Source: Pyrinomonadaceae bacterium
GTDB lineage: Bacteria > Acidobacteriota > Blastocatellia > Pyrinomonadales > Pyrinomonadaceae
Reading direction: 5' to 3'
DNA length: 64,000 bases
Assembly: GCA_046313635.1 (NCBI GenBank)
Contig: JBKBYA010000001.1
Location: forward strand, 32,001-96,000
In this document: one piece after another, positions 49,279-60,269 of the stretch
Layout: every line of letters starts with the position of its first letter
Numbering within the stretch: the stretch's first letter is position 1
The notes under the pieces: model-generated
What the model was told of the DNA's origin: nothing
Seen by the model: the letters and a program-made list of their open reading frames with translations, nothing else
The model's database searches: none
Made by a program: the position numbers and the translations under genes

Positions 49279-49509
49279 ATGACAAGGATCAGAGAGAATT
49301 ACGACGCCGACAAGATGCCCGCTTGGGACCCGCCGAACTATCCTGTCGACGAGAATCGATACCCGATGCCGTGCAGCGTCTGCGGAAACGAATTCTACGT
49401 CGACAAGGCGACGATCCGGCAGTATGAATGCGCGGTCGAGTACGACGCCGACAACACCTTTGTCTGTCGAGCGTGTGAGGACTATTACGAGGACCTCTCG
49501 CACCACTGA
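49279..49509 (+). CDS. 76-aa acidic protein with two CxxC motifs
   Basis: GGAGG RBS, CSVC and CRAC. Ends 5 bp before the FDH start. Confidence 0.72.
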   Translation: MTRIRENYDADKMPAWDPPNYPVDENRYPMPCSVCGNEFYVDKATIRQYECAVEYDADNTFVCRACEDYYEDLSHH

Positions 49510-49514
49510 ACGCG

Positions 49515-52193
49515 ATGCCGAGCATAAAGATAAACGGCGAGGTCCACCGAGTCGCGGAGGGGACCTCGATACTCGCCGCCGCGCGCACTGCGGGTATCGA
49601 GATCCCGACGCTCTGTCATGACGAGCGGCTCAGGCCCGCCGGCGCCTGCCGGCTGTGCCTCGTCGAGATCAAGGGCGACGCTCACGCGGCCGCCTCGTGC
49701 GTTCGTCTTGTCGCCGACGGAATGGAGATCGAGACCCACACGCCGGCTCTCGAGAGGGCCCGGCGAATCAATCTCCAGATGCTCGCACGCGATCACCCGC
49801 TCGACGCCGTCAAGCAATATCCCGACAAACCGTTTCATAAGCTGGCGCGGCAATACGGTCTCGCCGATGGCGACTTTGCGCCCGTCCACGATCGCGGCGG
49901 CGTCGACGCCTCGCATACTTATATCGCGGTCGATATGTCGCGATGCGTCGACTGCTATCGATGCGTCCGGATCTGCGACGAGGTGCAGGGACAATTCGTC
50001 TGGCGGCGCATGGGCCGCGGCGAGGCGACGCGGATCGTGCCGGACTCGTTCGGAGCGTTCGGGGCGAGTTCGTGCGTCAGCTGCGGCGCCTGTGCCGACA
50101 CTTGTCCCACCGGAGCGATCGAGGACAAGTCGTACCTTCGCTTTGGCGAGGCCGAGAGGTGGACGCGGAGCGTCTGCCCGTACTGCGGCACCGGCTGCGA
50201 GATCGACGTCGGCACGACCGCCGAACGGATCGTTCAGATCAGACCGGTCCTCGACTCGCCCGTGAGCCGCGGGCACCTCTGCGTCAAGGGACGCTACGCT
50301 TCGGATTTCGTTCACTCGCGCGACCGCGTGCTCGAGCCGATGGTCCGCGAGTCTCTCGACGACGAATGGCGCGTCGTCTCGTGGCAGGCCGCGACGAGCT
50401 TCATCGCTCAAGAGCTGACACGCATCGCCCGCGAGAGCGGCCCCGAATCGATCGCCGTCCTCGGCTCGGCTCGCGCGACCAACGAGGAGAATTACGTCAT
50501 ACAAAAATTTGTCCGCGTCGTGCTCCGCACCAACAACGTCGACTGCTGCGCTCGTGTGTGTCACACGCCGACCGCCGCCGCGATGAAGATGATGCTCGGC
50601 ACCGGCGCCGCGACCAACTCCTTCGCAGACATCGAGCGTGCCCGCACCATCATGATCTCGGGCGCCAACCCGACCGAGAATCATCCGGTCGCCGCCGCGC
50701 GGATGAAGCAGGCCGTGCTGCGCGGAGCCGATCTCATCGTCATCGACCCGCGGCGGACCGAGCTCGCACGTTACGCGAGCATTCATCTGCAGCTTCGTCC
50801 CGGAACGAATGTCCCGCTGCTCAACGCGATGGCTCACGCGATCATCGAGGAGGGTCTCGCCGACGAGGACTTCATCCGCGAGCGCGTGGCGGAGTACGAG
50901 GAATTCAAGAGCTTTGTCCGCGAATACTCGCCCGAGAGCGTCGCCGAAGTTTGCGGCGTCGACGCGGAGCTCATTCGCCGCGCGGCGCGTATGTACGCGT
51001 CGGCAAAGCCCGCGATGTGCTTTCACGGTCTCGGAATGACCGAGCACACGCAGGGCACAGAGGGCGTGATGCTGCTCGTCAATCTCGCGCTGCTCACCGG
51101 CAACATCGGCAAGCCCGGAACGGGCGTCAATCCGCTGCGCGGGCAAAACAACGTTCAGGGCTCGGCGCAGATGGGCTGCGACCCCGGCATCCTGACCGGC
51201 AGCATCGCGCTCGACGAGGGCCGCGCGCACTTTGAAAAGATCTGGAAGGCACCCGTCCCGACCGCAAAGGGCCTTAACCAGCTGCAGATGATCGACGCCG
51301 CGCGCGACGGCAGATTAAAAGCTCTCTGGGCGATCGGCTACGACGTCTTTGTCTCAAATGCCAATGCCGAGCAGACCGGCCGCGGCCTCGCAAATATGGA
51401 CCTCGTCATCGTGCAGGACCTCTTTATGAACGAGACCGCGCGTCGCTACGGCCGCGTCTTTTTGCCGGCGTGCTCGTCGTTTGAGAAGGACGGCACTTTT
51501 ATGAACGCCGAGCGCCGCGTCTCGCGCGTTCGCAAGGCGATCGAGCCGCTCGGCAATTCGCGCACCGACTGGGAGATCGTCTGCGACGTCGCTCGCGCGA
51601 TGGGCAAGGGCGGGTATTTCGAATTCGAAACCGTCGAGGATATCTGGAACGAAGTGCGGCTCGTCTGGCCAAACTCGTACGGCATCTCGTACGACCGCAT
51701 CCGCGAGCACGGCCTGCAGTGGAACTGCCCCTCGCTCGATCATCCCGGCGACGACGTGCTGCACACCGAGACATTCGCCGGCAGCCGGACGGCCGCGCTT
51801 CGCCGGATCAAATTCCGTCCGAGCGGCGAGCGGACCGACGACGAGTTTCCGCTGCTGCTGAATACGGGCCGCGATCTGTATCACTTCAATGCCGGCACGA
51901 TGACGATGCGCACGCCGAATGCGCAGATCCAGTCGACCGACGTCCTCGACATCTCGCCGCACGACGCGGCCGAATTGGGGATCTGCGACGGCGAGATAGT
52001 CAATCTGCGCAGCCGCTACGGCGAGGTCAAGATGCCGGTCCGCGTCACCGGCACGGTCAGGCCCGGCGAGCTCTTTGCGACGTTTCACGATCCGAAGGTC
52101 TTGCTTAACCGCATCACGAGCAGATACCGCGATCGCTACGTTCAGGCTCCGGAATTCAAGGTCACGGCCGTGCGGATAGACAAGATCGATTAG
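49515..52193 (+). CDS. fdhF: Formate dehydrogenase alpha subunit (Mo/W-bisPGD, Cys-type) with N-terminal Fe-S domains
   Basis: PTLCH..GACRLCLVE, CVDCYRCVRIC, CVSCGACADTCP, CPYCGTGC..LCVKG, CARVCH, PLRGQNNVQG, EKDGTFMNAERR. Confidence 0.88.
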   Translation: MPSIKINGEVHRVAEGTSILAAARTAGIEIPTLCHDERLRPAGACRLCLVEIKGDAHAAASCVRLVADGMEIETHTPALERARRINLQMLARDHPLDAVKQYPDKPFHKLARQYGLADGDFAPVHDRGGVDASHTYIAVDMSRCVDCYRCVRICDEVQGQFVWRRMGRGEATRIVPDSFGAFGASSCVSCGACADTCPTGAIEDKSYLRFGEAERWTRSVCPYCGTGCEIDVGTTAERIVQIRPVLDSPVSRGHLCVKGRYASDFVHSRDRVLEPMVRESLDDEWRVVSWQAATSFIAQELTRIARESGPESIAVLGSARATNEENYVIQKFVRVVLRTNNVDCCARVCHTPTAAAMKMMLGTGAATNSFADIERARTIMISGANPTENHPVAAARMKQAVLRGADLIVIDPRRTELARYASIHLQLRPGTNVPLLNAMAHAIIEEGLADEDFIRERVAEYEEFKSFVREYSPESVAEVCGVDAELIRRAARMYASAKPAMCFHGLGMTEHTQGTEGVMLLVNLALLTGNIGKPGTGVNPLRGQNNVQGSAQMGCDPGILTGSIALDEGRAHFEKIWKAPVPTAKGLNQLQMIDAARDGRLKALWAIGYDVFVSNANAEQTGRGLANMDLVIVQDLFMNETARRYGRVFLPACSSFEKDGTFMNAERRVSRVRKAIEPLGNSRTDWEIVCDVARAMGKGGYFEFETVEDIWNEVRLVWPNSYGISYDRIREHGLQWNCPSLDHPGDDVLHTETFAGSRTAALRRIKFRPSGERTDDEFPLLLNTGRDLYHFNAGTMTMRTPNAQIQSTDVLDISPHDAAELGICDGEIVNLRSRYGEVKMPVRVTGTVRPGELFATFHDPKVLLNRITSRYRDRYVQAPEFKVTAVRIDKID

Positions 52194-52202
52194 AGGTGGG
52201 CT

Positions 52203-52340
52203 ATGAGCGTCTTGATGAAATTAGTTATGGTGGTCGTCGCCTTGGCGCTGCTGATGAGCCTTAACGCCGGTACGTCCGCGGCAAAACGCTCCGAAGCGAA
52301 ACGCAAGCCGCCGCTCGCACGAAGGCATCACGACGTGTGA
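52203..52340 (+). CDS. Possible 45-aa peptide with a hydrophobic N-terminus
   Basis: GAGG RBS directly after the FDH stop. MSVLMKLVMVVVALALLMSLNAGTSAAKRSEAKRKPPLARRHHDV*. Confidence 0.45.
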   Translation: MSVLMKLVMVVVALALLMSLNAGTSAAKRSEAKRKPPLARRHHDV

Positions 52341-52395
52341 AGCGCGCTGGACCAGTCATCAAACGTTAAGCGGCTGTCTCGAAAGGCGGCCTCCT

Positions 52396-52430
52396 TGTTT
52401 TTGGTTTTTGGTTTTTGGCTTTTGGTTTTT
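52396..52430. repeat. TTTTGGT-type heptamer tract
   Basis: Same unit as the 11043-11110 array. Confidence 0.8.
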
Positions 52431-52513
52431 GCGCGGTCCCGGACGCTTATCGCTCGTTATCCGGAGCGTGGCGCTTTGTCGCAAGGTCGCACCAAGTAAG
52501 GGCGAATGCTCGC

Positions 52514-52680
52514 GCGGCTTCGCCGCAGTGCTGTGCGGAAAGGCTTTGCCTTTCCGGAATGCTTCCTGATCTATCCAAGAGGCTATGCCTCCGTCCGCCG
52601 CGAGGCGCAGCCTCGAAGAAATAAGAAATACCGCGCCCGGAAGGGCGAAGCCCTTCCGCACATCACTGCGGCACAGCCGC
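52514..52680. repeat. REP/REPIN-like inverted doublet with 44-bp arms
   Basis: 52514-52557 pairs with 52637-52680 at 38/44. Each arm contains short palindromes. Confidence 0.8.
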
Positions 52681-52774
52681 CGAACTACATCGCAGCGGCA
52701 ATGGAGGGAAATGCAAAAGAGACTGCCCTTTCAGACAGCCTCCTTAACGGCGCGGACGTTTGTCGAACCGTCGT

Positions 52775-54364
52775 CTACTGCACCGGCGCGCCTTGAGAGA
52801 TCTTTAGCCACTCGGCGCGCAGCATAAAGCTGCCGGTCGTCACGACCCGGTCGCCGACCGTCAAGCCCTCAAGCACCTGATATCGGCCTTCCGCCTCGAC
52901 GCCGAGACGCACCGGCCGCAGCTCAAAGACGTTCGGGTCCGCGGTCGGGACAAAGACGATCTGCCGGCCGTTGATATTCTGCACCGCGTCGACGGGCACG
53001 ACCGGCACGGTCCGCTCGGCGTTGCCCAGCGCGCCGAAGGCGACGCGAACGTACATTCCGATCTTCAGCTCGCGATCCGGATTGGCTATCTCGACGCGCA
53101 CGCGCGCGGTGCGCGTGGCTTCGTCGAGCTGCGGATCGATGTACGTGACCTGACCGCGAAACAGGCGGTTTGGAAAGGCGTCCGACGTCACGCTCGCGCC
53201 GGTGCCGGTTCGCAGGCGACCGAGGTCGCGCTCGTAAACCTGGGCGATCACCCAGACGGTCGAGAGGTCGGTGATGCGCATCAATTCAGAATTGGCATCG
53301 ACGACCTGACCCAGGTTGACCGAACGCGCGGTCACTGTCCCAGAGATGGGCGCCGGCACCGCGAGCTCCGACGTCACTTGCGACGGCGAGCGGAGCGCGT
53401 CGACGCGCGAGGCCGGCATTCCAAAAAAGATCAGCCGCTGCCGCGTCGCGGCGAGCTCGGACTCTGCGGTGCGGAGCTTGTTCAGCGCCTCCTCGCTCGC
53501 GGCGCGGACCTCGGGGCTGATCGGCAAGAGCTGCTGTGCCCGCTGCTCGCGGAGCCGCGCTTCTTCGAGCTCGGCCTCGGCCGTCCTGAGCCGCGTCGTA
53601 TCCTCGTCGAGCTGCTCGCGGCTCGCGGCGCCGATGCCGATCAGGCGCGTCGTGCGTTCGTACTTGTTTCGCATCTCGTTGAGCGAGGCCTCGGCGGCGC
53701 GGCGCTGCTTGATCGCCTGCTCGAGCTCGCTGCGGCCCGGCTGATTGATCGAGGCGAGACGCTGCGACCGCTCGTACGCGCGGCGTGCATTCTCGGTCTC
53801 GGTACGCAGAGCGATGTAGCGAGACTGCGTCTGTGCAAACTCGTCACTGAAGATCACGGCCACCGTCTGACCCGCCGAGACAGACTCGCCGAGCTCCGGC
53901 CCGACCCGCCTCACGATGCCGCCGACGAGGGCCAATGCCGGGGTCTGCCGGTACTGATTTGCCTCGACGGTTCCGGTCGCGGAGGTCTCGCTGCTCTCGG
54001 TCGAGAGCTGCTCGCCGACGAGGGCCGTTTGAATGCCGGCCGACCGCACCTGCTCGGGCGAGAGCGTGAGCGTCTTGTTGACAAGCTCGTCCGCCGCAGT
54101 CCCCTCGGTCAGCGACGCGCGCGGTGCAGGCACGGGACGGCCCGCGTCGCCGCCGCGCGACAGCAGCCAGAAGAGCAGCAAAAAGACGAGCACGATCGCG
54201 ACGATCAACGCAGCGATCAGGCCGGGATGTATCCGCCGTCTCACTCGCGGCGTCGGCTCCTCTGTGTGACGGACCACTTCGTCGCCCGACTCGGTCACCA
54301 CGCGCTCGTCGGTGACACGCACATCGGTCGACTCGTTATCGTTTGGCCTTGGATTCTCGTTCAT
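52775..54364 (-). CDS. Heavy-metal RND efflux periplasmic adaptor (CusB/CzcB family)
   Basis: N-terminal TM, long coiled coil, APISGTV, DLSTVWVIAQVYE, GQVTYIDPQLDEATRT, GLTVGDRVVTTGSF. Confidence 0.88.
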   Translation of the reverse strand: MNENPRPNDNESTDVRVTDERVVTESGDEVVRHTEEPTPRVRRRIHPGLIAALIVAIVLVFLLLFWLLSRGGDAGRPVPAPRASLTEGTAADELVNKTLTLSPEQVRSAGIQTALVGEQLSTESSETSATGTVEANQYRQTPALALVGGIVRRVGPELGESVSAGQTVAVIFSDEFAQTQSRYIALRTETENARRAYERSQRLASINQPGRSELEQAIKQRRAAEASLNEMRNKYERTTRLIGIGAASREQLDEDTTRLRTAEAELEEARLREQRAQQLLPISPEVRAASEEALNKLRTAESELAATRQRLIFFGMPASRVDALRSPSQVTSELAVPAPISGTVTARSVNLGQVVDANSELMRITDLSTVWVIAQVYERDLGRLRTGTGASVTSDAFPNRLFRGQVTYIDPQLDEATRTARVRVEIANPDRELKIGMYVRVAFGALGNAERTVPVVPVDAVQNINGRQIVFVPTADPNVFELRPVRLGVEAEGRYQVLEGLTVGDRVVTTGSFMLRAEWLKISQGAPVQ

Positions 54365-55776
54365 TTGTTTGTCAGCTCCGGCAGGTTTGCGGCACGCATG
54401 ATCTCGACGCGGGCGAGGTACGCCTCGAGCTGCGCGTCGATGTAGCCCATCTCGGTATCGATGAAGCGGTGGTGCTCGGCGATGTAATCGAGCAGCGACT
54501 TTTCGCCGATCTCGTACGTCTGCCTGATCACGTCGAGATTGGCCGCGGCCTGCTCGCGAACTCCCACTCGATAGATCTCGGCGGCCCGCAGCGCGCGGTC
54601 GTATCGCGCGTAGGCCGACGCGACCTCGCGGCGAATGGTCAGCTCGCCAAACTCTCGCCGGCTGCGCGCGGCATCCTCCTCGAGCTTGGCCGCGGCGACC
54701 ATTCCCTGATTGCGGTTAAAGACCGGCAGGTTGAGCTTCACGCCGAAGGTGAAGAATTGGGATCTGCTCTCGATCGGCACAAGCAGGCCCGTCGCCTCGT
54801 CCATTCCCATTTGCGGAAAGCCCGACTTCATACGCTGCCAGCCGAGCATCACGTCGGCGTCGACGCGGCCCTCGGCCCGCGCCTGCGCGCGGCGGGCGGC
54901 GGCGAGCTCCTCGACGGCGCGTGCACCGGCAAGATCGGGCCGCGTCCGCAGAGCGCGCTCGAGCGCCTCTGCTTGAGCGACGGCGAATGGCCGTGCGACG
55001 AGATCGTCAAAGCTGCCCGCGAGCCTGAGCGGCTCTTCGGGCGCAAGACCGATCACGTTGCGCAGCTCGAGCATCCGCTGCTCGACGGCGCTCTCGCCGG
55101 TCTCTCGCAGCGCGCGTATGCGGTTTACCTCGACGGTCTCGATATTCTGCTCGAGCGGCGCCTTGCGTCCCTCGGCGACCTGCTCGGCGGTGAGGTTGAG
55201 ATGCTGCACGTTGGCGGTCAGTATCTCCTCGACAAACATCAGCTTGTAGATCGCCGCAAGCGCCTCGCCAAATTTCGTACGCACCTCGGCGGCGATCTGC
55301 CGCTCGCGTTCGGCCGCGGCCTGGCGGCGGATCTCGAGCTCTCGCTCGGCGACGCGCGTCCGCGCCTGGCGCCGGCCGCCGAGCTCGAGCGGCACGCCGC
55401 CCTCGACCATAAAAGTGTTGTCGCCCATCCCGCCGATCTCGCGCTCGCCGCGCACCTCGAGCGACGGATTTGCGCGCAGCCGGGCCTGGCGTACGAGGGC
55501 CTCGCCCGCGGCCGCCTCTCTGCGCATCGCCTCGAGCTCGGCATTGCCCGCGATCGCGAGACGGACGAGCTCGTCGACCGTCTTGCCGGCCCGCGAGCCG
55601 GTCGCTCCTGCGGCCGTGCCGATGTCGAGATACTTTTTGACCGAATTGTCGGCCGTCAGCATCGACCGCATCGAGTGCTGTGCGGCGGCCGTGATCGACA
55701 TTGCGAGCACGAGGCCCAAGACCGACACGAGCGCGGCGGCCGCTCTGGGTTTGGCGTGCGACAGGGCGGTCATCAT
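54361..55776 (-). CDS. TolC-family outer membrane efflux protein (CusC/CzcC-like)
   Basis: AAGGAGG RBS and TGATG overlap with the cusA-like stop. Signal peptide, ARLRANPSL, LPVFNRNQG, YEIGEKSLLD. Confidence 0.88.
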   Translation of the reverse strand: MMTALSHAKPRAAAALVSVLGLVLAMSITAAAQHSMRSMLTADNSVKKYLDIGTAAGATGSRAGKTVDELVRLAIAGNAELEAMRREAAAGEALVRQARLRANPSLEVRGEREIGGMGDNTFMVEGGVPLELGGRRQARTRVAERELEIRRQAAAERERQIAAEVRTKFGEALAAIYKLMFVEEILTANVQHLNLTAEQVAEGRKAPLEQNIETVEVNRIRALRETGESAVEQRMLELRNVIGLAPEEPLRLAGSFDDLVARPFAVAQAEALERALRTRPDLAGARAVEELAAARRAQARAEGRVDADVMLGWQRMKSGFPQMGMDEATGLLVPIESRSQFFTFGVKLNLPVFNRNQGMVAAAKLEEDAARSRREFGELTIRREVASAYARYDRALRAAEIYRVGVREQAAANLDVIRQTYEIGEKSLLDYIAEHHRFIDTEMGYIDAQLEAYLARVEIMRAANLPELTNK

Positions 55777-58700
55777 CACGCTGCCTCCTTTTGTTCGTGC
55801 TTCAGACGATGCAGCTGCATCCAGTAAAAAATGACCGGCGTCACGATCAGCACATGGACCAGGCTCGAGACCATGCCGCCAAAGACGGGCGTCGCCAGCG
55901 GGCGCATCACCTCGGCTCCGGCCCCTGTGCTCCACATTATCGGCAGCAGCCCGGCGACGATCGTCGTCACGGTCATCACCTTTGGCCGCAGACGCAGCAG
56001 AGCGCCCTCGGTCACGGCCTCGAGCAGCGTCTCGCGATCGAGCTGCCCGAGCTCGGCCCGCTTGCGGGCCACCGCTTCCTCGAGATATACGACCATCACA
56101 ATTCCCGTCTGCACGGCCGCACCAAAGAGCGCGATAAAGCCGACCCACACCGCGACCGAAAAGTTGTACTCGAGCATCCAGAGCAGGTAAAAGCCGCCGG
56201 TCAGCGCAAACGGCACGGCGAGCAGCACGTGCGCCGCCTCGAGAAAGGAGTTGTACGTCAGGTAAAGGGTCGCAAAGATGATCAGGAGGACGACCGGTAC
56301 GACGATCATCAGCCGCGAGCGTGCCCGCTGCTGATTCTCGTACTGGCCGCTCCACGCAAAGTAATAGCCGGCCGGCAGACGCAGGCGCGACTTGATCGCG
56401 GCGTCTGCCTCGTCGACAAAGCCGCCAATATCGCGGCCGCGGACGCTCAGCAGCACCGTTCCCCGCAGCAGGCCGTTCTCGCTGGTGATCATCGCGGGCC
56501 CGTCCGTCTTGCGGATCGAGGCAAGCTCGGCAAGCGGGATCGCGGCCCCGCTCTGCGACGTGACGGGGATCTGCGCGATCGCCTCAGGCGTCGCTCTAAA
56601 TTCCGGCGCGTATCGTACCCGGATCGGAAAGCGGCTGCGGCCCTCGATCGTGACCGTCAGGTTGCTCTCGCCGATCCCTTTCTCGATCACCTCCTGTATG
56701 GTCGCGACGTCGATGCCGTACCGGGCGGCCGCCTGGCGGTCGACGTCGATATCGATATACGGGGCACCGCCGATCTGCTCAGGATAGACGTCGGCGGCCC
56801 CCGGCACGTCCCGCACGACATCGGCTATCTGCCGCGAGACCTGCTCGAGCGTGTCGAGATCGTTGCCAAAGATCTTGATCCCGACCTGCGAGCGTATGCC
56901 GGTGGCGAGCATCTCGATGCGATTGATGATCGGCTGCGTCCAGATATTGGTGACGCCCGGCATCCTGAGCGCGGCGTCCATCTCGGCGATGAGCCTCTCG
57001 CGGGTCATGCCGTCGCGCCATTCACTCTCTGGTTTGAGGTGAATGACGGTCTCATTCATATTGATCGGCGCCGGGTCGGTCGACGTCTCGGCCCGCCCGG
57101 CCTTGCCGACGGCCCAAGCGACCTCGGGAAACGCCTGTATGATCTCATTCTGCTTGCTCATTATCCGCGTCGCCTCGTCGAGAGAGATGCCCGGGTCTGT
57201 CACCGGCATATACATAAGATCGCCCTCGTTGAGCGGCGGCATGAATTCGCTGCCGATCTGCGTCGTGGCGACCATCGCACCGGCAAAGAACAGCGCCGCG
57301 AGACCGACCGTCGCTGCACGGTGACGCAGCGCCTTGACGAGCAGCGGCTTATAGATACTGCGCAGGCAGCGCATGATCGGATTGGCCTCTTCGGGTTTGA
57401 GCTTGCCCTTGAGCAGATAGCCGCACAGCACCGGGACGAGCGTCACGGCCATAAAGGCCGCCGCGACCATCGCGAACGTCTTTGTGTAAGCCAGCGGGTG
57501 AAACAGCTTGCCCTCCTGGCCGGTGAGAGCAAAGACAGGGATAAAAGCGACGACGATGATCGCCGTGGACGAAAAGATCGGCCGGCCGATGACCTTTGTC
57601 GCCTCGCTGACGACCCGCCATACGCTCCGGCGGTCGGAGGTGTCGACGCCCTCCTTTTCGAGCGCCCGATACGCATTCTCGGTCACGACGATGCCGGCGT
57701 CGACGAGGTCCGATACCGCGATCGCGATGCCGGCGAGCGACATGATGTTTGACGTCACTCCCCAAAAGTACATGAAAAGAAACGAGACGAGCGCCGCGAG
57801 CGGCAGCGGGATCGTAACGACAAAGACCGACCGGAAGTGCGCGAGAAAGATCAGGTTGACGAGCGTCACGAGAATGAACTCTTCGATCAGCGCCTCCTTC
57901 AGCGTATCGGCCGTGCGGTAGATCAGCTCCGTCCGGTCGTAGAACGGAACGATCTCGACGCCCTCGGGCAGACCCGGCTTGATCTCCTCGATCTTTTTCT
58001 TGATCGCCTCGATCGCCTCGAGCGCGCTGACGCCGTAGCGCATTATCACGACGCCGCCGACGGCCTCCTTGCCGTTCTTGTCGAGCGAGCCCGTGCGAAA
58101 GGCGTTGCCGATCTTTACCTCGGCGACGTTGCGGACGTATACGGGCGTTCCCGCACTCGACCCGATGACGATATTCTCGACATCGGCGACCGACTCAACC
58201 AGACCGATGCCGCGAACGACCGCCCATTCGCCCGCCTGCTCGACGACGTTGCCGCCGACGTTGTTATTCGAACGCTGAACCGCCTCGACGACCCTCGAAA
58301 GCGGGATGCCGTAGGCCCGGAGCCGGTTGGGGTCGACCTCGATCTGGTACTGCTGCACGTAGCCGCCCACGCTCGCAACCTCTGCAATGCCCGGTACAGA
58401 ATTGAGCTGGTAACGTACAAACCAATCCTGCAGCGTGCGCAGGTCGCGCAGGCTGTGCCTGTCAGAATCGAGCGTGTACCAATAGACCTGGCCGAGTCCC
58501 GACGCGTCGGGCCCGAGCGTCGGCGTCACGCCCGCCGGCAGCTGGCGTGCGACGAGATTGAGCCTTTCGAGTATCCGGGTGCGGGCCCAGTACAGCTCCA
58601 CGTCATCCTCAAAGATCACGTTGACCATCGAAAAGCTGAAGGCCGAGCTCGCCCTCACCGTCCGCACGCCCGGCAGGCCCTGAAGATTGGTGACGAGCGG

Positions 58701-58901
58701 ATATGTGATCTGATCCTCGACCTCCTTGGGAGAGCGGCCCGGCCAGTCGGTAAAGACGATGACCTGATTGTCAGAGACGTCGGGTATCGCGTCGATGGGC
58801 GTCCTGGTCAGGGCCCAGTAACCGGCCGCAGCGATCGCGATATAGATCCCAATCACGATGACGCGATTTTTGATCGACCACTCGATTAGCCAGTTGATCA
58901 T
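55776..58901 (-). CDS. cusA: CusA/CzcA family heavy-metal RND permease, probably Cu(I)/Ag(I) type
   Basis: [64 protein letters not shown]. Confidence 0.9.
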   Translation of the reverse strand: MINWLIEWSIKNRVIVIGIYIAIAAAGYWALTRTPIDAIPDVSDNQVIVFTDWPGRSPKEVEDQITYPLVTNLQGLPGVRTVRASSAFSFSMVNVIFEDDVELYWARTRILERLNLVARQLPAGVTPTLGPDASGLGQVYWYTLDSDRHSLRDLRTLQDWFVRYQLNSVPGIAEVASVGGYVQQYQIEVDPNRLRAYGIPLSRVVEAVQRSNNNVGGNVVEQAGEWAVVRGIGLVESVADVENIVIGSSAGTPVYVRNVAEVKIGNAFRTGSLDKNGKEAVGGVVIMRYGVSALEAIEAIKKKIEEIKPGLPEGVEIVPFYDRTELIYRTADTLKEALIEEFILVTLVNLIFLAHFRSVFVVTIPLPLAALVSFLFMYFWGVTSNIMSLAGIAIAVSDLVDAGIVVTENAYRALEKEGVDTSDRRSVWRVVSEATKVIGRPIFSSTAIIVVAFIPVFALTGQEGKLFHPLAYTKTFAMVAAAFMAVTLVPVLCGYLLKGKLKPEEANPIMRCLRSIYKPLLVKALRHRAATVGLAALFFAGAMVATTQIGSEFMPPLNEGDLMYMPVTDPGISLDEATRIMSKQNEIIQAFPEVAWAVGKAGRAETSTDPAPINMNETVIHLKPESEWRDGMTRERLIAEMDAALRMPGVTNIWTQPIINRIEMLATGIRSQVGIKIFGNDLDTLEQVSRQIADVVRDVPGAADVYPEQIGGAPYIDIDVDRQAAARYGIDVATIQEVIEKGIGESNLTVTIEGRSRFPIRVRYAPEFRATPEAIAQIPVTSQSGAAIPLAELASIRKTDGPAMITSENGLLRGTVLLSVRGRDIGGFVDEADAAIKSRLRLPAGYYFAWSGQYENQQRARSRLMIVVPVVLLIIFATLYLTYNSFLEAAHVLLAVPFALTGGFYLLWMLEYNFSVAVWVGFIALFGAAVQTGIVMVVYLEEAVARKRAELGQLDRETLLEAVTEGALLRLRPKVMTVTTIVAGLLPIMWSTGAGAEVMRPLATPVFGGMVSSLVHVLIVTPVIFYWMQLHRLKHEQKEAA

Positions 58902-58959
58902 TTGCCAGCCTCAGTGCCGCGCGGGCGGCGGCGGATGTACCGCCGCCGCTCCGCGGGAC

Positions 58960-59655
58960 CTATTTTTTCTCCTCGCCCTTCCATTGCGCTTTCCACTTGG
59001 CCATCATCTCGATCTCGCCGGTCTGGGCGCGGATGATGTCGTCGGCGAGCTTTTTGATCTCGGGACGCGACGCTTTTTTCAACGCGTCCTTTGACATCTC
59101 GACGGCTCCCTCGTGGTGCTGCGTCATCATGTTCAAAAAGTGAATGTCAAAATGATCGGGCTCCATCGAGTCCATATCGCGGATATGCGAGCTCGTCATC
59201 ATCGCCATGCCGCCGGCCATCCCGGGCAGCTCCATATTCAGCGCCGAGGGCTTGCCTGCAAACCACTCGTCGCGCCAGCGCCGCATCTGCTCGATCTCTT
59301 TTTTCTGATCGTCGATGATCTTTTGCGCGAACTGCTTGAGCTCTTGCCGACGGGTCTTGCCGATGACCATGTTGGCCATCTCGATCGCGCCGTCGTGATG
59401 GTGGATCATCGAGTCGATGAACTGCAGGTCGTACGGCTGCTCGGCCGCTCCCGGGGCGGTGACGGCGTCGGCCATTTTCGACATGTCGTGCCCCTTCATA
59501 TTCGACATATCGTGGCCTGAGTGATCGGCCGAATCGGCATTGTTGACCGCCGCGCTGTTTGAATGCGCGGCGGCGTTTTCGTTCGATCGATTCTGGCACG
59601 CGGCGCCCGCCAGCGCGACCGCGAGTGCGACGATCATCGTGGGTATTGGCTTCAT
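58960..59655 (-). CDS. DUF305 (CopM-like) Met/His-rich lipoprotein
   Basis: GAAC lipobox. FIDSMIHHHDGAIEMA and FLNMMTQHHEGAVEMS repeats. Confidence 0.88.
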   Translation of the reverse strand: MKPIPTMIVALAVALAGAACQNRSNENAAAHSNSAAVNNADSADHSGHDMSNMKGHDMSKMADAVTAPGAAEQPYDLQFIDSMIHHHDGAIEMANMVIGKTRRQELKQFAQKIIDDQKKEIEQMRRWRDEWFAGKPSALNMELPGMAGGMAMMTSSHIRDMDSMEPDHFDIHFLNMMTQHHEGAVEMSKDALKKASRPEIKKLADDIIRAQTGEIEMMAKWKAQWKGEEKK

Positions 59656-59667
59656 TGATCGTCCTCC

Positions 59668-60093
59668 TTACTGCGCGGTGATCGGAATGTTGGCCTTGCC
59701 CTTGCCGGCGGGGCCGTCGTAGGTGATCTGGGCCTGCCACTCGCCGCCCATCTCGAGGTCGACCTTGCCCGCATAAACGCCGGGCGTCGATGTCGTCGTA
59801 AAGGTCGCCGGATTATTCATCACGGGCATGGTGCCCATCGCGGGCATATGAAAGTTGAGCGCGACCGAGCCGACGTCGACCGGCTTGCCCGACGCGTCTG
59901 TAAAAGTGAGGGTGAAATCCTGCTTGCCTTTTTTGAGCACGCCGTCGGCGCTCGAGAGCGTCGCCGTCAGGTTGTTGCCTGCCGGGCCGCTCTTGATGGT
60001 CTTGCCGGCCGGCCCGCTGCCCGAGCCCGCGCCGCACGCCGCCGCAAGAGCGGCGATCGCCAGGATCAGAATGGATACATACGTTTTTTTCAT
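59668..60093 (-). CDS. YtkA/FixH-like Ig-fold lipoprotein
   Basis: GAGGAG RBS, AAAC lipobox, FHMPAMGTMPVM, PGVY..MGGEW. Confidence 0.78.
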   Translation of the reverse strand: MKKTYVSILILAIAALAAACGAGSGSGPAGKTIKSGPAGNNLTATLSSADGVLKKGKQDFTLTFTDASGKPVDVGSVALNFHMPAMGTMPVMNNPATFTTTSTPGVYAGKVDLEMGGEWQAQITYDGPAGKGKANIPITAQ

Positions 60094-60269
60094 ATCGATA
60101 CTCCTCTTTGAATTGTCTATGTCTAGGCCCAACGGCGTCTGCCCGAACGACCGCCGACCGACGACGTATCGAGCGAGTTCACCGTGATTAGTACAACGGA
60201 CGAAAGGCACGCTGTCGGGCGCAGGCAGACCCCGCGCGCAAGGCGTGCGCTATCGCAGTGATTCGGTGT

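Noticed and set aside
55777..56355. Long N-terminal extension of the TolC ORF
   Set aside because: It overlaps cusA in another frame. The RBS and signal peptide place the start at 55776.
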